Shown here: positions 28,753-38,041 of the stretch, piece by piece
Layout: the number at the start of each line of letters is the position of its first letter
Numbering within the stretch: the first letter of the stretch is position 1
NCBI GenBank assembly: GCA_944384395.1
Contig: CALWTD010000012.1
Span: forward strand, 57,596 to 121,595
Reading direction: 5' to 3'
Length of the DNA: 64,000 nt
Origin: an uncultured Clostridia bacterium
GTDB taxonomy: Bacteria; Bacillota; Clostridia; Christensenellales; UBA1242
Notes under the pieces: model-generated
Told to the model about the DNA's origin: nothing
What the model saw: the letters and a program-made list of their open reading frames with translations, nothing else
Databases searched by the model: none
Program-made: the position numbers and the translations under genes

Positions 28753-29163
28753 TTATTTCCTTTCTTCTATTGATATTTTTAAAAATTGTTCAAGTCTTTG
28801 TGTTTCGCCATTAAGATACAAATATCCCACAAGTGCTTCAAAGCAAGTTGCTTTTTTATAGTCAACTAAATTTGAATTTTTTGCCGTGTGATGATTTTTG
28901 GCATTTCTTGTTCGCCTTACAAGTTCTTGTTCTTTTATTGTTAGCAATTGTTCTAGTTTGTCTAGCACCTTGCTTTGAGTTTTTGCTCTACACAAAAAGT
29001 TACACGATTTATTATAGTCGTTTAGTTTGTGTATACCTTCTTTTATAATATTTTCTCTAACAAATAAAGTGTGAACACTATCTCCAATAAACGCTAACAC
29101 AAGTGGACTTGTTTGATCTAATTTGTTTTGTATACTGTTTTTTTGTGTTTCCATACTCTCCAT
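28753..29163 (-). CDS. mrnC: Mini-ribonuclease 3
   Basis: LAFIGDSVHTLFVRE RNase III-like signature, small size, and position upstream of rlmB. Confidence 0.85.
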   Translation of the reverse strand: MESMETQKNSIQNKLDQTSPLVLAFIGDSVHTLFVRENIIKEGIHKLNDYNKSCNFLCRAKTQSKVLDKLEQLLTIKEQELVRRTRNAKNHHTAKNSNLVDYKKATCFEALVGYLYLNGETQRLEQFLKISIEERK

Positions 29164-29183
29164 AACTTATAACTTTACATAAG

Positions 29184-29212
29184 AGTATATATTGTATGTG
29201 TTGTGTTGTCAA
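29184..29212 (-). promoter_or_regulatory. Promoter of the mrnC-rlmB-sigH operon
   Basis: On the minus strand: TTGACA (29212-29207), 17-nt spacer, TATACT (29189-29184). Confidence 0.6.
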
Positions 29213-29256
29213 ATATCTAAATAAGGTGTAAATAAGTTATAAACAAAAATGTGAAA

Positions 29257-29277
29257 AAGTTATCCACATTTCCACAT
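29257..29277 (+). promoter_or_regulatory. DnaA-box doublet, copy 1 of a 21-bp repeat
   Basis: The repeat is aagTTATCCACATTTCCACAt. It holds a perfect TTATCCACA (29260-29268) abutted by ATTTCCACA (29268-29276). Confidence 0.7.
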
Positions 29278-29351
29278 TTGTATATTTATTCATTTTGGTC
29301 TTTATTTATAAATTTTTATCGTATTTTGGTTAAAAGTGGATAAAATTTAAC

Positions 29352-29372
29352 AAGTTATCCACATTTCCACAT
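29352..29372 (+). promoter_or_regulatory. DnaA-box doublet, copy 2 of the 21-bp repeat
   Basis: Identical 21-mer 95 bp from copy 1, with TTATCCACA at 29355-29363. Further one-mismatch boxes are AGTGGATAA (29335-29343) and TGTGCATAA (29432-29440). Confidence 0.7.
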
Positions 29373-29568
29373 ATTGTTATGTGTTTATAACTATTTTTGA
29401 TATGTTTTAGTATATTGATTTTTAAGGTTATTGTGCATAACTTTGTTGATACATTAACAACGACTTTTTTGTTGGACATGTTTTATATGTTCTTTTTTGT
29501 TGTTATGTTATATTTAGTATTTTTAAAATGTATAATCTATGCATAGATATTTGTTGAATTATGTTTTT

Positions 29569-30540
29569 TTATACAAATTTAAAAACTGCATTTAAGATTA
29601 AATACACAACATATAGTACATACATTATTAAAAAGATAATACCCTGCCATTTATAAGTTTTTCTTTTTAAAAGTATTGGAACAACTAAAATTAAAGTTAA
29701 AACCAAACAAAATGGCAAACTTATATATGCTGTTTCTTTTGATATTTGCATTCCCTGATTAAATGCTATAAGTCTTGGGACTGCTAAAATTAGCGTTAAA
29801 TTTAGTATATTTGCACCAATAATATTTCCAATTGCAAGATTAGGCGATTTCTTTTTTATTGATGTAAGCATTGTTGTAAGTTCGGGCAAACTTGTTCCAA
29901 TGGCAACAACTGTAAGTCCAATAAATTGTTCGCTAACTCCAAGTGCTTTTGCCAAAAACTCAACCTTGTCAACAAGAAGATATGCTCCACCACCAAGTGC
30001 ACACGCACCAAGCAAAAACAAAATAATTAAAAGCCAAAGCGGTTTATGATTTTCTTCATCGTATTCTTCTTTGTTTGATGTTTTATAATATGATTTTGCA
30101 TCAACATAATTAAACACAAAAAACAAAACTGTCAAAACAATTAAAACTATTGCTTGCCAAACAAAAACCTCATAGAAAAAACCAACTACTGTTATAAAAA
30201 TTGTAACTAATAATAATAGATAGTACTTTAAAGTTCCACCTTTATTTAAAGTTGATTGCATAAACAAAAAACCAATTCCGCAAATTAGTGCAATATTACA
30301 AATTGCAGAGCCAACAGCATTTCCAACTGCCAAATCTGTTGTTCCGTCTACACTTGAAAAAATTGAGATTAGAAGTTCACCCAGAGTTGTTGCCAAACTT
30401 ACAAATGTTGCACCAAATACAATTTGAGGAATATGCATCTTTTTTGCAAGCGAAGATGATGACGATACAAATATATCGCCACCCTTAACTACAAGAAAAA
30501 TTGCAATCGCAAGAACTAAAACCGAAACTGCTACTTCCAT
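29569..30540 (-). CDS. Ca2+/Na+ antiporter (CaCA / YrbG family)
   Basis: Two alpha-repeats (GNAVGSAICNIALI and GNIIGANILNLTLI) and about 10 TM helices. Confidence 0.85.
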   Translation of the reverse strand: MEVAVSVLVLAIAIFLVVKGGDIFVSSSSSLAKKMHIPQIVFGATFVSLATTLGELLISIFSSVDGTTDLAVGNAVGSAICNIALICGIGFLFMQSTLNKGGTLKYYLLLLVTIFITVVGFFYEVFVWQAIVLIVLTVLFFVFNYVDAKSYYKTSNKEEYDEENHKPLWLLIILFLLGACALGGGAYLLVDKVEFLAKALGVSEQFIGLTVVAIGTSLPELTTMLTSIKKKSPNLAIGNIIGANILNLTLILAVPRLIAFNQGMQISKETAYISLPFCLVLTLILVVPILLKRKTYKWQGIIFLIMYVLYVVYLILNAVFKFV

Positions 30541-30561
30541 AATTATATTTTAACCTTTAAA

Positions 30562-32004
30562 CTATTTTATATTATTTTTTTTATAACTTTTAAATATTAT
30601 ATACCCAACTATGCAAAAAGCAACTATTCCAACAAAAATAATACTTCCAATTACTATACTATTTATATTGTTGTTTTGTGGCAAAGGTTGTTTTGGTGTT
30701 TGATTTTGGTCTATCTCTTTTTCATTTTGCAATTTATAACTATATTCAATTATGTTGCTTTGCCCAACTTTTTTATTGTTTTCGTATATTTCAAGATAAA
30801 AATATCCGTCTCCATCAATATCTTTTGCTTTAACACTAAAACTATAGTCATTTGTTTCTTTTAAAAGTGTAACATTGTTGTTTATATTTTTATATAATTT
30901 AAAATTATAATTTGTTTGTCCACCTACTTTTTTAATCAAAAAAAATACTTCTTGTTCATCGTTTTCAATTTTTGATAAATCTGTTTCCATGTTGAATTTA
31001 AAAACAGCAAAATTTTCTTTATGACAATTCGCAATTACTTGTTGCCCCAATTTCGTTGGGTGTGGGTCAGAACATACAGTAAGAGTTGAAAATAAATTTG
31101 AAAAATCCATATTTTGCCAATCTATACTCTCGTATAGTTCTTTTGTTATAGTCATTTTTGATAAATCTGCATTTATATAGGTTTTAAACTGCTCTTTTGT
31201 GAATGTTTCAAATAGTTTATAAATATCTACCACAATTACACTATTATTTGCATTTTGTCTTATTATGTCATTTATTTGTTCGAGATAAGTTATTGTTGTT
31301 GAAAGCACTTCTTGAAAGGTTTGGTCTAGTGCCGACAAAACTGATTTTACTAAAAAATTGTTTTGTGCGTTTTGAGTGTCCACTTTTATATCGTTAAACG
31401 TTATATATTTATAAGGATTATAAATTGTCATTACAAAAACTTTTGCATCGATGTTTTGTGTTAGTGCAGGCAAAATTGTGTTTACATAATCGCTTTCAAA
31501 CAAATCTACTTTTTGTTCAAGCAAAAGTTTATACTCTTCTATTTTCATTTCGCCTTTTAAAAGTTTTTCAAAATTTGCCGATGCAACAGAAAGAATGTTA
31601 TTTGCTCCAATGCACAATGTAAAAATATTAGTTTTACAAAAATCTTCATAATCTTGTGCTGTTTTATTTATATACTGAGATAACTTGCTGGCGAGTTTGT
31701 TTGACTGATGCCCTGTTACTGCAAAACTTTTAATTTCTCCACCAAAAGTTTGAATGTAGTCTTGCATAAAAACATTTGGATAACTTTCTTTTGTAATTAA
31801 AGTTGTTTTGTTAATATAATCATTATAACCATCAAGTCCATAACCTGCCGAAATAGAATCGCCATATGCCCTAACAATAAAATTGTCATTGCTAATATAT
31901 GTTTGAGCCAAAGCAGTTATATTATTTACACAAATAAAATTTGGCAATATATATAAATTTAATATTGCCAACACAATTATAAAAAATAATTTCGTTTTTT
32001 TCAT
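30562..32004 (-). CDS. Secreted SGNH/GDSL hydrolase with C-terminal membrane anchor
   Basis: Signal peptide, GDSISAGYG block I, and a C-terminal TM helix followed by a KKNNIK tail. Confidence 0.7.
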   Translation of the reverse strand: MKKTKLFFIIVLAILNLYILPNFICVNNITALAQTYISNDNFIVRAYGDSISAGYGLDGYNDYINKTTLITKESYPNVFMQDYIQTFGGEIKSFAVTGHQSNKLASKLSQYINKTAQDYEDFCKTNIFTLCIGANNILSVASANFEKLLKGEMKIEEYKLLLEQKVDLFESDYVNTILPALTQNIDAKVFVMTIYNPYKYITFNDIKVDTQNAQNNFLVKSVLSALDQTFQEVLSTTITYLEQINDIIRQNANNSVIVVDIYKLFETFTKEQFKTYINADLSKMTITKELYESIDWQNMDFSNLFSTLTVCSDPHPTKLGQQVIANCHKENFAVFKFNMETDLSKIENDEQEVFFLIKKVGGQTNYNFKLYKNINNNVTLLKETNDYSFSVKAKDIDGDGYFYLEIYENNKKVGQSNIIEYSYKLQNEKEIDQNQTPKQPLPQNNNINSIVIGSIIFVGIVAFCIVGYIIFKSYKKNNIK

Positions 32005-32040
32005 ATTATTATTATACCAATAAAATAATGTTTTTTTACG

Positions 32041-33846
32041 TTATTTTTGTTCGTTTTTTAATTTTTCAACAAATTTTTTAATCTTTATTGCCAAATTTAA
32101 GTCTATTCCCTTAACTAGATTAAGTTCTTCAACACTTGCCTTAGAAATTTCATCAATTGTTTTAAACTGATTTAAAAGTGCTTGTTTTTTTACTTTTCCA
32201 AGACCTTTAATGTCGTCTAATGGTGATTTTATTTCATTTTTTGTTCTTAGTTTTCTATGAAAAGTTATTGCAAAACGGTGTGCTTCATCACGAATATTTT
32301 GAAGTATTCTAAGTTCGCTTGAACCCCTTTTTAACATTATCGGTTCGCTCTTATTGGGAACAAAAACTTCTTCAAAACTTTTTGCAAGCGATATCATGTC
32401 TATTTGCACATTGAAACTTTTTAAAACTTCGTAGGTTGAACTTAGTTGTCCTTTTCCCCCGTCAATAACAATTAAGTCCGGTTTTTGACTAAAACTTACA
32501 TCTTCGCCACTTAGTTCTGTCAATCTTCTTTTTAAGGTTTGTTTTAAACTTTCAAAGTCGTTGGAGCCTTTTTCGTAGTTTGTTATTTTAAATTTTCTAT
32601 ACATGTTTTTTGCAACTTTTCCAGCAATGAAAACAACCATTGATGCAACTTGATTTGTTCCACTTATGTGAGATATATCATAGCACTCTATTCTGTTTGG
32701 CACTTTTGTTAAATTTAATTTGTCTTTTAATTTTTCTAGTGCACCTACAGTTTTATCATACTCTAAATTTTCTTTGTACTCTACTTTGTTTAAATATTCC
32801 TGTGCGTTTAGTGTTGCCATTTTTATTAAATGATTTTTTGTGCCTTTTTGTGGACAAGTTATTTTTGCCTTTATTATTTCTTCCGTTAAATCTTCAACCT
32901 CTATATTTGTTAAAATTTCTTTTGGACACTCATGTTTTGAATAATACTGAACCATAAACTGACTCATTGTGTCTTTTTCGTCTATGCTTGCATCTATAAC
33001 ACTTTGCGTTTTTACACCAAGCACTTTTCCGTGCCTTATTGTAAGAACGCATATCGCCCCCACTATTCCGTTGTTTACATAACTAATTACATCAATAGAT
33101 TTATCTGTTGGAAGGTCGGCAACAACTTTTTGTTTTAAATTATTAACCATTTTTATCATATCTCTAATTTCAAGTGCACGTTCAAAATTTTGTATACTGC
33201 TTGCAAGTTGCATTTTGTCTGTTAAAATTTTTTCTATTTCGTTGTCGTTGCCCCTTAAAAAGTCCATTGCTTTGTACACTATTTTTTTATAGTCTTCTTT
33301 TGAAACAAGTTTGCTACAAGGCGCACTGCAAAGACCAAGTGAATAGTTTAAGCATGGTCTTTTTGGTTTTTTTGGAAGTGCACCCTTACAAGTTCTAAGT
33401 GGAAACGCCATGTTTACTATTTTAATTAGTGCATATGGACTTATTGACGAAATGTATGGTCCAAAATATTTTGCACCGTCATTTTTTATTCTTCTTACAA
33501 CTTCCATTCGTGGATAATCATCTTTTATTGTAACTTTTATATATGGATATGCCTTATCGTCTTTTAAAAGAATGTTATAAAACGGCTTGTATTTTTTTAT
33601 TAAATTGTTTTCAAGCGCAAAAGCATCACGTTCGCTTAGTGTTATAAAATATTCAAAATAATCAACATGCTCCACCATTGCCATAACTTTTGTTGGCTTA
33701 ATGGAGTTGTTAAAATATTGGCTAACTCTGTTTTTAAGATTTTTAGCCTTTCCAACATATATAACTGCCCCACTTGCTGAGTGCATAACATACACTCCAC
33801 TTTTTGTGGTTAGGTCCTTTAATTTTTGTTTTATTTTGTTGTTCAT
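32041..33846 (-). CDS. uvrC: Excinuclease ABC subunit C
   Basis: GIY-YIG N-terminus (GVYVMHSASGAVIYVGKAKNLKNR), UvrBC domain, RNase H-like endonuclease domain and (HhH)2. Confidence 0.95.
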   Translation of the reverse strand: MNNKIKQKLKDLTTKSGVYVMHSASGAVIYVGKAKNLKNRVSQYFNNSIKPTKVMAMVEHVDYFEYFITLSERDAFALENNLIKKYKPFYNILLKDDKAYPYIKVTIKDDYPRMEVVRRIKNDGAKYFGPYISSISPYALIKIVNMAFPLRTCKGALPKKPKRPCLNYSLGLCSAPCSKLVSKEDYKKIVYKAMDFLRGNDNEIEKILTDKMQLASSIQNFERALEIRDMIKMVNNLKQKVVADLPTDKSIDVISYVNNGIVGAICVLTIRHGKVLGVKTQSVIDASIDEKDTMSQFMVQYYSKHECPKEILTNIEVEDLTEEIIKAKITCPQKGTKNHLIKMATLNAQEYLNKVEYKENLEYDKTVGALEKLKDKLNLTKVPNRIECYDISHISGTNQVASMVVFIAGKVAKNMYRKFKITNYEKGSNDFESLKQTLKRRLTELSGEDVSFSQKPDLIVIDGGKGQLSSTYEVLKSFNVQIDMISLAKSFEEVFVPNKSEPIMLKRGSSELRILQNIRDEAHRFAITFHRKLRTKNEIKSPLDDIKGLGKVKKQALLNQFKTIDEISKASVEELNLVKGIDLNLAIKIKKFVEKLKNEQK

Positions 33847-35465
33847 TTTAATAATTTTGTTTTTATTTCACTTAACACTTTTTGTGCTGTTTCGTTTATG
33901 TTTTCTTCGCCTTTAACAAAAAGATATATTTTTAATTTTGGCTCTGTACCACTTGGCCTTATTATAAATATTATGTCCTTTGCGTGATATTCTATAAAGT
34001 TTTGTTTGTCTAATCCTGTGTCGTCAACATTATAATCTATAATTTTTGTTATTTTTCTATTCTGTATACTTTGAGGTTTATTTTGTCTTAGATTATTTAC
34101 CACAGCATTCATTTTTTGTAAACTGTTTGCACCGTCAAATTTTACACTGTCGCCAATGGTTGTCATATAACCATATTTTGCATATATTTCGTTTAGATAA
34201 TCTATTAAAGTTTTGCTTTCCTTTTTTAATGTATTTGCAATGTTACAAATTTCAAGTGAAGCAAAAATTCCATCTTTATCATAGTAACTATTCTTTACAA
34301 CATAACCACAACTCTCTTCATAACACAAACAAAATGCATCTTTGCCGTATTTTTTTTGAAGTTCATAGTCTTTTGTTCCCAAACTCATAAAGCCTGTTAG
34401 TGTCTTATAAAGTTTTGCACCGTGATTTTTGCAAATGTCTTCAATTAACGGACTTGAAACAACACTTGTTACAACAAATTTATTTTCATTTGTATTTTTA
34501 GTTAACATATATTCAGCAAAAATATAGCCAACTTCGTTCCCTGTAAGTTTAATATATTCGCCGTTATGCTTTACCATAACACCAATTCTATCTGCGTCAG
34601 GGTCGGTTGCAACAATTATGTCTGCATCATTCTTTTTTGCAAGAATTAAACTCTCTTTAAACGCTTCAACAAATTCTGGGTTTGGATATGGACAAGTTTT
34701 AAATTCTCCACTTGCATTTTTTTGTTTTGTTGGAATTTTAAACATAAAGCCGTTTTGCTTTAAAAGTTTTGTTACTGCTCTTTTTCCTGTTCCGTTTAGT
34801 GGAGTGTATACAATTTTTAGATTTTTCTTAATTTTGTCTTTTGGATTTTTTGTAAACTCATCAATAACTTTATTTGTTAAAAAACATACATTTTTTGAAA
34901 GTTTATATTTATAAACGTTGTTATAAACATCTATTTCCTTTGTTTCATCAAATATTTTTGAAATTTCTTCTTGAATTTCTTTGTTTATTTGAATCCCTAA
35001 GTCGCCATAAATTTTTATCCCGTTATAAATTTTATTGTTATGGCTTGCAGTTATCATAACTCCGTAATCTGCCTTATATTTTGTTGTTGCAAAAACGCAC
35101 AGTGGAGTTGGTGCAAAATTTTTAAAAATATAAACTTTAATCTTGTTTTTATCTAATACTTTTGCAAATAACTGTGCAAATTTTTTGCTGTTTTTTCTTG
35201 TATCAAAACATATAACAACACTTTTTTGACTGTTTTGTTGCATATACAAAGATAAACTTTGTGCTAGTTTTGTTACTGTAAGTTCGTTTATGTTGTTTGT
35301 GCCTTGTTCCATTGTTCCACGCATTCCCGCCGTACCAAAACTTAAACTACAAGAAAAATTTGTTTCTATTTGTTTTTTTGTTAGTCTTTGTAATTGTTTT
35401 TTAATTTTTTTGTCCAATATATTGTTTAACCAATATAAATAAACTTCATTACTCATTTTCTTCAC
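33843..35465 (-). CDS. Phosphoglucomutase/phosphomannomutase family protein
   Basis: TASHNNKIYNGIK phosphoserine loop and DPDADR metal loop. The start is uncertain (GTG 35465 or ATG 35456). It overlaps the rmuC 3' end. Confidence 0.85.
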   Translation of the reverse strand: MKKMSNEVYLYWLNNILDKKIKKQLQRLTKKQIETNFSCSLSFGTAGMRGTMEQGTNNINELTVTKLAQSLSLYMQQNSQKSVVICFDTRKNSKKFAQLFAKVLDKNKIKVYIFKNFAPTPLCVFATTKYKADYGVMITASHNNKIYNGIKIYGDLGIQINKEIQEEISKIFDETKEIDVYNNVYKYKLSKNVCFLTNKVIDEFTKNPKDKIKKNLKIVYTPLNGTGKRAVTKLLKQNGFMFKIPTKQKNASGEFKTCPYPNPEFVEAFKESLILAKKNDADIIVATDPDADRIGVMVKHNGEYIKLTGNEVGYIFAEYMLTKNTNENKFVVTSVVSSPLIEDICKNHGAKLYKTLTGFMSLGTKDYELQKKYGKDAFCLCYEESCGYVVKNSYYDKDGIFASLEICNIANTLKKESKTLIDYLNEIYAKYGYMTTIGDSVKFDGANSLQKMNAVVNNLRQNKPQSIQNRKITKIIDYNVDDTGLDKQNFIEYHAKDIIFIIRPSGTEPKLKIYLFVKGEENINETAQKVLSEIKTKLLK

Positions 35466-36753
35466 TATCTTGTTCTTCTCCTATGCTTTCAAAATCTAAG
35501 ACATCAATGGTTGTATCAGTTACCGATGCAACATCTTTTAATTTTCGCTCTATTGTTCTTGATTTTTTGGTTGCAAATTCTATTGTGTTTGATGCTTCTG
35601 TTAATTTCTTTTGTGTTTTTGCAAGAAGTTCAACAAATTTTGTAAACTCACGCTTAAACACACTGAGTAAATTCCAAACTTCACTTGAACGCTTTTCTAT
35701 TGTTAAACTCTTAAAACCAAGTTGCAAACTATTGAGTAGTGCCGAAAGTGTTGTTGGTCCACAAACAACAACTTTATATTCTTGTTGCAAGTGTTCGCAA
35801 AGTCCTGGAATTCTTAAAACTTCGGCATACATTCCTTCTATTGGCAAATACATAACTGCAAAATCTGTTGTTTTTGGAATTAAAATATATTTCTCTTTAA
35901 TCTTTTTTGCTTCTTCTTTTACTCGTCTTTCTATTCCCTTAACAGCCAAGTCAACTTCTTCTTTGTTTCCTTGCTCGCTTGCGTCAATTAAACGCTGATA
36001 ATCTTCTATTGGGAATTTTGCATCAATTGGCAAATATACTTCGCCACTATCGTCTTTGCCCGGCATCTTTATTACAAAGTCAACTCTATCTTGATTGCTT
36101 GGATTTATGTTTACTTGGCACAAATATTGGTCTTTTGTTAAAATTTGTTCAAGTAAATTTTCAAGTTGAATTTCTCCCCACACGCCACGAGTTTTAACAT
36201 TGTTTAAAACTTTTTTAAGGTCGCCAACACCTGTTGCAAGTTGCTTCATAACTCCAATTCCTTCGTAAACAGATTGAAGTCTTTCGTTTATGATATTAAA
36301 CGATTGAGTTAGTCTATTTTCCAAACTTACATTAAGTTTTTCGTCTACCGTTTGTCGCATTTGTTCAAGTTTTTTCTCGTTGTCTTGTTGAAGTCTAATA
36401 AGTCCGTTTTCTATAACATTTATTGCATTTTTCATTGATTGTTCGTTTGTTTGCAACACAACATTAAGTCTGTTTAATATATCGCTTAACTGTTGGAGTT
36501 GGAGTCCGTTATTATTTGACATAGTGCTTAAAACCATATCGTTTGAGTTTTTTATGTTTTGCAAAAGTATGTTGTTTAGTTGCGAATTTAGTTCGTTTTG
36601 ATTTAGTGTGTTTTGTTTTATTTGCTCTAAAACTTGGTCAAGTTGAAAAGTTGGACTTTGTTTTTTGTTATTTTTTACCACAACATATATTAGACTTGTG
36701 CAAATTATTAAAACTAAAAAACTTAATATTAAACTAATTATTTCTATAATCAT
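35449..36753 (-). CDS. rmuC: DNA recombination protein RmuC
   Basis: N-terminal TM helix, long coiled coil, and a C-terminal RmuC nuclease-like region (DFVIKMP...YLPIDAKFP). Confidence 0.85.
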   Translation of the reverse strand: MIIEIISLILSFLVLIICTSLIYVVVKNNKKQSPTFQLDQVLEQIKQNTLNQNELNSQLNNILLQNIKNSNDMVLSTMSNNNGLQLQQLSDILNRLNVVLQTNEQSMKNAINVIENGLIRLQQDNEKKLEQMRQTVDEKLNVSLENRLTQSFNIINERLQSVYEGIGVMKQLATGVGDLKKVLNNVKTRGVWGEIQLENLLEQILTKDQYLCQVNINPSNQDRVDFVIKMPGKDDSGEVYLPIDAKFPIEDYQRLIDASEQGNKEEVDLAVKGIERRVKEEAKKIKEKYILIPKTTDFAVMYLPIEGMYAEVLRIPGLCEHLQQEYKVVVCGPTTLSALLNSLQLGFKSLTIEKRSSEVWNLLSVFKREFTKFVELLAKTQKKLTEASNTIEFATKKSRTIERKLKDVASVTDTTIDVLDFESIGEEQDSEENE

Positions 36754-37996
36754 ATGCTTTTATCTCCGATATTAATTGTTCTTTTGTGTTTTCTATTTCG
36801 CCGTCAAAAACTTTGTTTAAAAGTTCTTTTAAAAGTTGTCCATAATATTTTTCTGGCATTTTGGGTTTATATTTTTTAATATCTTCGCCACTTACTTTTA
36901 AATCTTTTATTGTTATTGGAACATTGTAGTTTACTATATACTTATAAAAAAAATTGTATCTATTAAACAAAAATCTATTTTTTATTGTAATAAACCTTCC
37001 AATTGTTTTAAAATTGTCAAAATATTTAAAAAAGTAATTTTTGTTATTTAGTTTATTTAATGCATCAAAATATCCACAAACAACATTTATTAAATATTCT
37101 TGTTGTTTTGTTGTAAAATCAAGACCTTTTGAGCCGAGCATATATTTTAAATAATACTCAACACAGTCGGGATTTATTGCGTTTATCATATCAATTAACA
37201 GTGCACAAAGAAGATCTACATCATTCTTTTTCACCATTTTAAGTTTTATTTTTGAAACACTGCTATAAAATGCTGAAAAAAGTTGCATTTGATTAAAATA
37301 TTCAAGCGCTCTTATATGTGCATTTTTCTTTGAAACACTATATTTATTTTTTGCATTTAAAATAAGCAATAATTCTCTTTGCTTTCTTATTCCTGTTATA
37401 TCTTTAAGCCTATAAGACATAAGCGTTGCAGTTTTATATGTTTGTTTGTCAATCTTAAAATTTAATTCGCAAGCAATTCTAATCATGCGAAGTATTCTTA
37501 GTCCATCATTATTAAATACAAACTGTGGTGTTTCAATTGTTTTTATTGTTCTTTTTTCAAGGTCGTATAGTCCAGAATATATATCAATTATTCTTTGTTT
37601 TGTTATGCTATAATAAATACAATTTACTGTAAAATCACGGCGCTTTGCGTCTTGCCTTATATCATCAACAAAATTTACAGCAATTGGACAATGTCTGCCT
37701 GTGTCGTCATAAACTTCTGTTCTAAATGTTGTGTGTTCATAAACTTCTTTGCCAATAGAAATTGTTACTGTGCCAAGTTTTTTGTTTTTGTCTTTAACAA
37801 CAAAATTTGTATCTTTTAAAAACTCTTTAATTTTTTCAGGAGTCAGTTTACTGCAAAGGTCAACATCTGTTCCTCCAATGCCAAGAATTTGATTTCTTAC
37901 ATATCCACCAACAATAAATAGTTCTGCTTTATTTTTTAACAATTTTGCCAATTTCTCTAAATTTGGCGAAACTTCAATTTTTATATTTGTTTTCAT
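36734..37996 (-). CDS. cca: CCA-adding enzyme / poly(A) polymerase family tRNA nucleotidyltransferase
   Basis: GGYVRNQILGIGGTDVDL nucleotidyltransferase motif and RRDFTVN. The start is probably ATG 37996 or 38002, because TATAAT lies at 38008-38003. The track ORF extends to 38041. Confidence 0.8.
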   Translation of the reverse strand: MKTNIKIEVSPNLEKLAKLLKNKAELFIVGGYVRNQILGIGGTDVDLCSKLTPEKIKEFLKDTNFVVKDKNKKLGTVTISIGKEVYEHTTFRTEVYDDTGRHCPIAVNFVDDIRQDAKRRDFTVNCIYYSITKQRIIDIYSGLYDLEKRTIKTIETPQFVFNNDGLRILRMIRIACELNFKIDKQTYKTATLMSYRLKDITGIRKQRELLLILNAKNKYSVSKKNAHIRALEYFNQMQLFSAFYSSVSKIKLKMVKKNDVDLLCALLIDMINAINPDCVEYYLKYMLGSKGLDFTTKQQEYLINVVCGYFDALNKLNNKNYFFKYFDNFKTIGRFITIKNRFLFNRYNFFYKYIVNYNVPITIKDLKVSGEDIKKYKPKMPEKYYGQLLKELLNKVFDGEIENTKEQLISEIKAYDYRNN

Positions 37997-38041
37997 ACGC
38001 ATATTATAACACAATTTTTTTATTATTAAAAAATTATACAC

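Noticed and set aside
29460-29568. A small ORF (MFYMFFFVVMLYLVFLKCIIYA) within the DnaA-box intergenic region, considered as an Sda-like checkpoint peptide.
   Set aside because: It has no SD, its composition is purely hydrophobic and low-complexity, and it has no similarity to Sda as I remember it. It is probably a chance ORF.
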